A program made the translations under genes and the position numbers. A DNA stretch of 64,000 nt. It comes from Lama glama (taxonomy: Eukaryota). Positions within the stretch are counted from its first letter, which is position 1; every line of letters begins with the position of its first letter. Below the pieces are notes generated by a model, which ran no database searches, was not told the origin of the DNA, and was given only the letters and a program-made list of their open reading frames with translations. The stretch covers positions 4,156,001 to 4,220,000 of the forward strand of contig CM052816.1 of NCBI GenBank assembly GCA_028534125.1, read 5' to 3'. Of this stretch, positions 54,607 through 64,000 are shown in pieces.

Positions 54607-55078
54607 CAGCCATACCCCAGAGATACTGTGGGTTCAGTTAGAGACCACTGCAATAAAGAAAGTCACACAATATTTTTGGTTTCTCGGTGCAAATAAAAAT
54701 TATGTTTATACTATACAGTAGTCTATTAAGGGTGCAATTATGTCTAAAAGAAGCAATGTACTTGCCATAATTAAAAAAATACTTTATCGCTGAAAAATTC
54801 TAACCATCACCTGAGCCTTAAGCAAGGCACAATAGTGACATCAAAGATCCCTAATCACAGATCACCATAACAAACGTAATAATAATAATGAAAAAGCTTG
54901 AAATATTGTGATAATTGCCAAAATGTAATGACACAGAGACACTAAGTGAGAAAACGCTGTTGGAAAAATGGTGTTGACAGACTTGCTAGGCGCAGTGTTG
55001 CCACAAACTTTCCATTTGTAAAAAATGTAGTGCCTGCAAAGTACAAAAAGCACAGCACACTAAACCAAGGTATGCCTG
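54607..55078 (-). mobile_element. Internally deleted Tigger1 (Tigger1a_Art-like)
   Basis: TA then cagccatacccc ... aggtatgcctg termini. Confidence 0.9.
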
Positions 55079-55239
55079 AGAGCTTTTGAGAAAACAGACT
55101 TGGTAAGACATTATCTGGATGCAAACCTTGGCTCCAGCACTTGCGAGAGCTATGCACTTGCTGGCTTCGGGCAAGGCGTTGGACCTACTGATCCTCTCTC
55201 CATCCTTGTACAAAGCTAGTGTGTACTTGTAGTTCCCTG

Positions 55240-55585
55240 GCTGGGATGGTCTTCACCTGCTCCTTTTCTGGCTGCCTTCTTTTGAGGGCTCAAATCAAAC
55301 ACAACTTCTCAAGACAGCTTTCCCTGAGCCCACACCCATCACTCTCTAACTCATCATTTTCTGAAGTTTCTTCCACAGCACTCATCCCTAGCTGGTGTCA
55401 ACTAGTTTGTGCACTTGTTTATCATCAGTCTTCTACAACAGTGAGGTCCCCCGTGGACAGTAACCTCGCCCATCTGGTTAAACACAGTAGCCCAGTCCTG
55501 AGGACTATGCCTGGCAACAAATATATTTTGAACACATACATTAAATAATCAACTGATTCATGAGTAAATGGATGAATAAACAAAA
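55240..55585 (-). mobile_element. LINE-2 3' end
   Basis: cccagtcctgaggactatgcctggcaac...atggatgaataaa. Confidence 0.65.
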
Positions 55586-55637
55586 GTCACTAGAGTATGG
55601 AAAAGACAAAGTATCAAAGGACATGTACAAAATGCCT

Positions 55638-56220
55638 TGTGTCAGCCAAAAAGCTTAGTTGCAAGCAACAGAAACCAATTCTGGCTGACTTGAGTGCAAA
55701 AAGAATTTGACCAAAGGGTTTTAGTTAACTCAAAGAATTACTGGAAAAATTAAAAACCTACGAGGGGCCTGAGGACCAAGTATATTACCCAAATCAAGTC
55801 ACAGAATGATGTGAGGGCACCACTGCTACTACTGCTCCCAAGCATTAGACATGGCACCTGGGAATGTTTCTAATGCTTAGGGACAGTAGTAACAGTGAAC
55901 ACTGGGTGCTGACAATGCTGCCCCAGGAACTCCCATATCAATACAACAGAAACCCTGTCAGTTCTCTGGGCACCCAGCTTCACTGAGTAATTAGTCCAAG
56001 TCCAAGTCTAGGGTAGACGCAAGCAACTATCAACTGGCAGACTGTAAGCCAGACGCCCACCTTATCGTAAGAGTGTGGGGAAAGCAAGTAGCCAACATTT
56101 CCAGCTTGTATAAATGGGAGAAAGGATGTGACACCTGCCTTGAATCACACAGTAAGGAATTTTCCAAACATGGGAATAAGGTTCAGATGCTAAACAGTTA
56201 AAAATAACGAGAAATTTCCA
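55638..56220 (-). mobile_element. Old MLT1-like LTR
   Basis: tagttgcaagcaacagaaaccaattctggctgacttgag. Confidence 0.55.
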
Positions 56221-57058
56221 CTGCAGTGCTCAATAAATATTAACCACAAAACAATCCAATTACCAAGAGCTTCTTTTTTACAAAACAACTGACAGTCAAT
56301 TTTTTGAAAAGGGAAGACACATACAAAAATAACTACTTATTTCTTTAAAGCTGTACCACATTTTACAACTGTTTCATGAGTTATTCAGTTTGTCAACCTG
56401 CTGGATACTAAATGTGCTGGAGTGCTGACTTGAGGAAACTCTTGTCCTGCATTGTTCAGTGTTATGAAAAAAAAAAAAAAGAAAGAAAGAAAGAAAGGAA
56501 AGGATTGTTAAAGAGGTTTCTCACCAATACAGCTCTGGGGATGTGAGTTTGCTGCCAAATAATCCAGGCCATTTTCATGGCTTGCTGCTCACCAAGGAAA
56601 AGAAACCCTCAACTGCCTTCCAAAATTGCAATTGTCAGATACTTTCTACCGAGGCAGCTGCTGACTTAATGTGTCCCTGCACTCTGCAACACTGTCTGAC
56701 ACAAGCTGGTGATTTGGTTTGGACCCACCCAAGGAAGGAAGACGGGGTAGGACTTAAGAATCAAGATGGCCATCCACTCCTACCAAAAGTTGACTGATCA
56801 GAGACACATGCAGTGAGATTTGAATCCTGACAGGTATCAGAGAGGACAGAAAAAAGAGAGAGAAAGAAAGATGATATCCTAAGGAGAGTATCCTAAAGTT
56901 CCTGGTGCCTGGATCATGGTTTCATTTAAATTCCGAGCCTTTTTGAGCTTTGTTCTTAACATCTCCTTAATTCTGTGAGCTTTTTCAAATAGAAAATAAA
57001 TAAAGAAATAATAATTAGATAGTACCACATTATTTTACTTTCAAACAATGAGTTTATC

Positions 57059-57095
<37 letters not shown>

Positions 57096-57785
57096 CAGTG
57101 AGCACATTTAAGATCTACTCTCTCAGCAACTTTCAAGTATACAGTACAGCATACTTCATGACATTGGACCCCAATACCTCTTGTAAGTACTTTGTACTGA
57201 AGGGCAACATCTCCCCATCTCTCCCACCCATCCCCAAGTCCCAGGCAACCACCAATCTGTTCTCTGCATCTATGAATTCGGCTTTCTTACATTCCACATG
57301 TAAGTGAGATCATACAGTATTTGTTTCTCTGTCTGACTTATTTCACTTAGCATAATGCCCTCAAGCTTCATCCATGTTATTGCAACATGGCAGAGCGTCA
57401 CTATTTTTATGGCTAAATATTTTGTTACGTATGTATGCTATATTTTTGTCCTTGTATCTCTGATGGACACAAGGTTATTGCCATGTCTTAACTATTGTGA
57501 ATAATGCTAAAATGAACATGGGGGTGCAGATATCTCTTTGATATAGTGATTTCACTTATTTTCTAATGTATACCCCAAAGTGGGACTGATGAACCATCTG
57601 GTGTTATCTATTTCTAATTTTTTGAGGATCCTCCACACTGTTTCCCATGTTGGCTGTATCAATTTACATCCCCACTAACAGTGCACCAGGGTTCATTTTT
57701 CTCTACATCCTCACCAGTGCTTGTTATCTCCTGTCTTCTTGATGATACCCATTCTGATGGATGTGATGTAGTATCTCATTTTGGG

Positions 57786-58325
57786 TTTTTTCCCTCATAT
57801 TGAATTGATATTTATTTCAGGACATGCCATGTCAAAATAAAACAGAAGAGTCAATCCTTGCCTTTAACAATATTTAACAAATCTGTATTATAATAGCACT
57901 TTACACTCCATTCCATCTTTTGAGTATGTTACTGGGGTATGTGGGCTAATGATTATCTGAAAGCATTTCTCTACTCAGACCCATAATCCAAATGCTCTCT
58001 GAATAATACAAGGTGACAGTATGTGGGAAGTGGAGGAGGAAGAGGAAACAGAGGGGAATAAGATTCTCCCAGTTAAGGGTTTTGTTGCAACGAGGGGATG
58101 AGGAAGTATGAAGATATTTCTGTTGTCTTTTCATATTTATACTGTGTTAAGTAATGCTTACAACATAAATTCAGCAGGCTTTTCCTGAGCTGTAACTCAG
58201 AAACTTTCTTCCTGCAAACAATGTATTTACAAATGTGCTGATTAACTTACACAGCAATCTCACAATAACTAGTAAAGATTAAAATGGTGCACTCGTAGTA
58301 TATTTGTTTGCAGTGTTTTAAGGGA
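57786..58325 (-). pseudogene. 5'-truncated processed retrocopy of an mRNA 3'UTR
   Basis: Non-L1 sequence interrupting contiguous L1; TSD tcattttgg (57776-57784 / 58326-58334); minus-strand AATAAA (57811-57816) about 20 nt before the A-tail remnant. Confidence 0.8.
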
Positions 58326-59767
58326 TCATTTTGGTTTTGATGTGCATTTCCCTGGTGATTAGTGATGCTGAGTACCATTTCATGTACCTGTTGGCCGTTT
58401 CTATGTCTTTGGAAAAAAGTCTATCCAGGTCCTTTGCTCATTTTTAAATCAGATTATTTGCATTTCTGCTATTGAGTTATATACTTTCTTTATATGTTTT
58501 GGATATTAGCCCCTTATCAGTTTTATGATTTGCAAATATTTTCTCCTGTTCTGTAGGCTGTCTTTTCATTTTGTTAATCTTTTTTTTTTCCTGCTGTGCA
58601 AAAGCGTTCTAGTTCGATGTAGTCCCATTTGTTTATTTTTGCATTTTGTGCTTGTAGTTTTGCTATCATATCTAAGATATCATTTATCATTGTCAATACC
58701 AATGTCAAGGACCTTTTTCCTTCTGTTTCTCCTAAGGATTTTATGGTTCCAAGTCTTATTTTCAAGTTTTAAATACATTTCTAGTTAACTTTTGTGAGTG
58801 GTATAAGAGAGGGGTCCAATTTTGTTCTTCTGCATGAGATTATCCATTATTCCCAACACCATTTATTAAAGAAAATGCCTTTTCTCTATTCGAGTATCCT
58901 TGGCTCCCTTGTCAAAATTAGTTGATCATATAAGCATGAGTGTATTTCTGATTCTCAATTCTGTTCCACTCGTCTATATGTTTTTATACCAGTACCATAC
59001 TGTTCTGATTATTACAGCCTTGTAATATAGGTTGAAATTAGAAAGGAGGTACCTCCAGCTCTATTATTCTGTCTCAGGGTTGCTTTAGCTAATGGGGCAA
59101 TTTTGCAATTTCATATAAATTTTAGGACTATTCTTTTTCTGTGAAAAAATGCCACTGGAATTTTGATAGGGATTGCACTGAATCTAGAGATGGCTTTGGG
59201 AAGTTTTAACAATATTAATTCTCCCAATACCTGACAGAGGATATCTTTCCATTTATTTCTGTCTTCTTCAATTTCTTTCATAATGTCTTATAGTTTTCAG
59301 TGTATAAATCATGCACTTCTTTGGCTAAATATATCCCTAAGTATTTTATTGTTTTAATGCTTTTGTAAACAAAATTGTTTTATTTCTTCTTCAAATAATT
59401 CACTATTACTGTATAGAATCAACTGATTTTTCTATGTTGTTCTTGTATCCTACACCTTCACTGAATCCTTTATTTGTTACAACAGTTTTTTTTTCATAGA
59501 GTCTTTAGGGTTTTCTATATATAAGATCATGTCATCCACAAACAGAAAATTTTTCTTCTTCCCCACTGATTTGGATGGCTTTTATTTCTTTTCCTTTCCT
59601 ACTTGCTCTGGCTAGGATTTGCAGTATGTCTAATATGAATGGGCATCTCATTACCGATTTCAGAGGAAAACCTTTCACCCTTTCACATTTGAGTATGATA
59701 CTAGCTCTGGGCTTGTCATATATGACCTTTATTATATGGAAGTATGCTCCTTCTATATTCAATCTGT

Positions 59768-60224
59768 GAGCCACTATGGAAAACAGTATGGTGATTCCTC
59801 AAAAAACCAAAAATAGACTTACCATATGATCCAGCAGTCCCACTCCTGGGCATATATCCAGAGGGAACCTTAATTCAAAAAGATACATGCACCCCAATGT
59901 TCATAGAAGCACTATTTACAATAGCCAAGACATGGAAACAACCTAAATTTCCATTGACAAATGGCTGGATAAAGAAGTTGTGACGTATTTATACAACGGA
60001 ATACTACTCAGCCNNNNNNNNNNNNNNNNNNNNNNNNNNNNNNNNNNNNNNNNNNNNNNNNNNNNNNNNNNNNNNNNNNNNNNNNNNNNNNNNNNNNNNN
60101 NNNNNNNNNNNNNAAAAAAACACAAATATATGTATGTTCTTATATGACTGATGTATTGTGCTGTACACCAGAAATTGACACAACGCTGTAAACTGACTAT
60201 ACTTCAATAAAAATATTTTTTAAA
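59768..60224 (+). mobile_element. Young L1 3' end inserted antisense into the old L1; spans a 100-N gap (60014-60113)
   Basis: gccactatggaaaacagtatgg...actgactatacttcaataaaaa; TSD aatctgt (59761-59767 / 60225-60231). Confidence 0.9.
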
Positions 60225-61254
60225 AATCTGTTGTGTTTTTATCATGAAGGAATGTAGATTTTGTAAAAATATTTACTCTGTGATGATATGGTATTTCTTT
60301 TATTCTATTAATGTTGTATGTCACATTTACTGAGTTGTGTATGGTGGACTATCCTTACCATCCTTGGTGATAAATTTCATTTGATCATGGTGTGTGATCC
60401 TTTTAATGTGCTGTTGAATTCAGTTTGCTAGTATTTTGTTGGGAATTGTTTTATCTATATTCATCAGGGATATTAGCCTGTATTTTTTTTTCTTGTGTCC
60501 TTACCTGGTATTAAGGTAATCCTAGCCTCATAAAATGAATGTGAGGGAGTGTTGCCTCTACTTCAATTTTTGGAAGAGTTTGACAAGGAGTGTCATTAAT
60601 TCTTTAAATACTCCCCATTTAAATTTAAAAAGTGAAATTTACATCTGGTCCTGGGCTTTTGAGGGGGAGGTTTTTTATTACTGATTCAATCTCCTTGCAC
60701 ATTATTGGTTTGTTCATATTTTGTATTCCTTCATGATTCAGTCTTCGTAGATTATATGAATCTAGAAATTTACCCATTCCATTAGCCAACTTGTTGGCAT
60801 GTAATTGTTCACAGTGGTCTCCTATGATCCTCTGTATATCTGTAGTGTCAGTAATAATGTCTCCTCTTTCATTTATAATTTTATTTGAGTCCTCGCTCTT
60901 CCCCTCCTGGTAAGACTAGCTAAAGGCTTGTCAATTTTGTTTATCTTTTCGAAGAACCAATTCTCAGTTTCACTGAGCTTTTCTATCGTTTTCCTATTCT
61001 CTATTTCATTTATTTCTGCTTTGATCATTGTTATCTCCTTCCTTCTGCTAACTTTGGGCCAAGTTTGTTCTTTTTCTAGTTCCTTTAGATATAAAATTAA
61101 GTTTATTTGAGAGCTTTCTTCTCATAATGCAGGCTTCAGTATAGAGATATCTCTGTCAGCCCTGCGAGGGATTCTGAAGATTTCTCAGACCTCTTCTATG
61201 GATACACTTATTCCATAGTTCCTGTTCCCTAAGAGGGCTTAGGTGGGAATTCTT

Positions 61255-61467
61255 TTTTTTTTAACTGAAGTATAGTCAGTTATAATGTGTCAATTTCTGG
61301 CATACAGCATGATGTCCCAGTCGTGCATACAGACATACATACATTCGTTTGGGAGTTTGAGATTTGCAACTGATAACGACCATATACAAAAACAGATTTA
61401 AAAATTACTTCTATATAGCACAGGGAACTAAATTCAAAATTGTGTGACAACCTTTAATGAAATACAA
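61255..61467 (-). mobile_element. Twin-primed (5'-inverted) young L1 insertion
   Basis: Perfect 15-bp TSD taggtgggaattctt (61240-61254 / 61468-61482); antisense part 61255-61350, sense part 61351-61467. Confidence 0.9.
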
Positions 61468-62455
61468 TAGGTGGGAATTCTTAAAATCAGTTGCCTTTCC
61501 TCTACCCTACGAAGCCAGGCCGGGTGCTGACAATCTCCCTCCTGTTTGCTTTCCCCAGGATGGTGCTGAATGTTCAGGCTGGGGTGCTTTCTCCTAGTCC
61601 CACAGAGTCTGGTCAGCTTTCTGCCAATGCTGGCTAGCTGTGTGCAAAGGTGTGCATTTGCCCGCCTCTGAGGCACACACAGGAAGCTGGCCACAGGGTG
61701 GGGTGTTGTGTGGGGGAGGCATGTGGAGCACAGTGGGTGATCATGTGCCAGGTGGGAGAATCCACAGGCCAGGTGTCCCCAGAAGCTCCTGGGTGGGCAT
61801 CCTGATGGAATGTGTGAAATGCTTAGTAGGATCCCCGCCCCTCTGATGCCCTCTGAGAGCCCCTCACCGCCCCAGCCATGCGGCGCATCCCAGCATCCTG
61901 AATGGGGCAAGAACAAAGTGCGCAGCGCAGACAGCAGCTCCCACAGCTAGGAAGCCAGGAGTTCATTCACAAGCTCTCAGTTTAACCCACGAAAGAAATC
62001 ACAGGCCAAGAAGGTCTCTCTTGGCACTGAGCTCTGCCTCCTTGACAGGGGGGTGACACCCGTAAAGTAAAACTGTTCTTCTGACCCTCTTCAATACGTT
62101 CAATCTTGAATTTTTTTTTTTAAGCTCCAATACTGTGCTCGAACTTCTCCACTGTACTCCCAGGCTTCCTCAAAGTCATTCTCACCCATGAGTGATTGTC
62201 AAAATCGGTGGGGTTTTTTTGGGGGGGGGGATAGAGAATGGTAGAAAACTCCACCATTTTGCCAATGTGTCTCCCCAAATGAGCTTTACCTGGCACAGTC
62301 TACCCTGGAAATAATCTGGGGACGACTGACAGAATAATATGAATGGCTGAAGTTTTAATTAAACATACAAAACACAGGCTTTGGGGCAAATCCTTTATAG
62401 GCCTCATACCATTTTAACCTTCCCCAAACCTTCGAGATATGTATTCATTTTTAAT

Positions 62456-62608
62456 ATATTTTTTAATTGAAGCATATAGTCAGTTTACAATGTTGTGTCA
62501 GTTTCTAGTGTACAGCACAATGCTTCAGTCATATAGGAACATACATATATTCATTTTCATGTTGTTTTTCACCGCAAGTTACTACAAGATACTGAATATA
62601 GTTCTCTG
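62456..62608 (-). mobile_element. Young L1 3' end inserted into a MIR
   Basis: TSD tcatttttaat (62445-62455 / 62609-62619). Confidence 0.88.
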
Positions 62609-64000
62609 TCATTTTTAATCCACTCTGCAGCTGAGAAAGTTGCAGCTTAGAACAGTAAACTGCCTACCCAAGGGTGTACTCACAGAAGTGGCAAAGCTGT
62701 CAGTCCCACCTAAAGCCAAAGCCCATACACCTGACCACTGAGCAGCACCTGACTGTAAGAATGGGATTCATTCATTCACTTACTCGTTCAGTTAGTACTT
62801 ACTTACTGGACATTTCCATTTGACTAGGTTCTGTTCTGGAAATGATGGTGAAAGATAAGATGCTCTGGGCTTGTGAAGTTGTATTCCAAGGGCAGAGATA
62901 CACAGCAATAAGTAGACAACAAATAAAGGAGCGTTACACTTTCTGATAGTAAGTACAAAGCAGCAAACTGAAGAAGGCTGAGGAAGTAAGAGTGGGAGAG
63001 GGGGGCCCCTAACGTTTGGTGAAACAGTCAGAAGCCATGCAAGCATGTGGGACAGAGACTTTGAGACAGACACAAATGTCAAATGTCATCATCCCTGGGG
63101 CTGGGGTGAGCCTGATGATTTGGGGCCACACCAAGACCTGTGTGGCCGGAAGAAAGTGAGAGAGGATACAAGGAGGAGAAAGGGAAGTCGGGCTGATGGG
63201 CAGAGGCCAGATGATACAGGAACTCTGGAGTCTGGCTTCCTGGTGGATCCCTGTCTCTGTCAGTGGTCTCTCCTTAGGAAGCTCACTAATCCTCTCCGGG
63301 CTGTTTCCTTATTGGTAAAATGAGAATGCAGGAGAAGTAGACGCAGGGGACCTGAAAGGTCCCTTCTTATCCTTGACATTCAGTGGTGAGACAGAGAATA
63401 TGATGGATGACAGGGAAACGGTAGAAACTGAATAATGAATCCATTCTCTCGGGGTGGTCACCTTGAACGCCTCCATCTTTCTGCCTATGAGTCAATGCGA
63501 AGGTTTATAAATAAAACTACTCTTTCCAAATATTGGAGGTTCATCTGATAACCATGTTTGTTTCATGATTCATTAAATACAAGGAAATAAGCCAAATGCC
63601 CCTGACATTTAAATGAAGGAAATTAAAAACAGTTTGAAAATCAGTGAAATGCCTCGCCACTCGGGTGAAATAGTTTGATCTCAGGATGGTCCAAGGTATG
63701 ATAGTTATTGGAGACCTCTATCTAACTGAATTTCCCCAGAAACATGGCTCCTAGGATTGGCTATTTTGGGGGTAAGTCAAATCATCTTTGAACTAAAATG
63801 AGTCAAAATAATACATGTAATGTTGTCCCTTGCAGCATATAAAGCTAACCTAAATATACTGCTTCTGGTTATGCCTAGTGGTATAAAATTTGCCTAGGGA
63901 AATACTTCAGATGATGCCTACCTGACAGTAGAGGCAGATAATGCCCAGAGTCAGGCTCACGACATAAGGTGTCCGAATTGGTGAAAATCTGTTCATTCTC

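Larger units (their letters stand above)
57060..62270 (-). mobile_element. Large decayed LINE-1 (3'UTR, distal ORF2, putative 5'UTR) interrupted by three later insertions
   Basis: ORF2 remnants NIEGAYFHIIKVIYDKPRASIILKCERVKGFPLKS (59532-59774, RT region) and AKINKWDYIEL (58574-58765). GC-richer L1 5'UTR-like segment at about 61130-62270. Confidence 0.85.

Noticed and set aside
6426..55078. ~490-bp dispersed direct repeat (6426-6924 vs 54607-55078) as a segmental duplication
   Set aside because: Explained by two independent Tigger1-derived insertions; the flanks are unrelated.
1..64000. The short ORFs in the six-frame track
   Set aside because: None resembles a protein family I recognise except decayed L1 ORF2 pieces. 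Most overlap repeats or low-complexity DNA.

Overview
Mammalian genomic DNA, AT-rich and repeat-dense, with no credible protein-coding ORF. The ORF track is noise apart from decayed LINE-1 ORF2 fragments near 58.5-59.8 kb. The repeats point to a cetartiodactyl, most likely a camelid (inference): ancient MIR/L2/L3/MLT/MER5/MER58, Tigger1a_Art-like and MER41-like elements, many short young L1 3' ends of the 'ctgtacaccagaaattgacacaacattgtaaactgactatacttca(A)n' type, and no Alu, Bov-tA or PRE SINEs that I could recognise. The window looks like part of a very large intron. One 297-nt minus-strand segment with good splice signals (20556-20852) resembles, from unverified memory, an alternative non-coding 5' exon of NRXN3. 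The most notable structures are: (1) a ~75-bp inverted repeat in non-TE sequence enclosing a MIR (52807-53635); (2) a MER41-like solo LTR with two STAT/GAS motifs 330 bp from the candidate exon; (3) a TSD-flanked mRNA 3'UTR retrocopy inside an old L1; (4) a twin-primed (5'-inverted) L1 with a perfect 15-bp TSD; (5) a three-layer nested insertion at 3.1-5.4 kb. There are two assembly gaps. All repeat family names were assigned by eye and boundaries are approximate.
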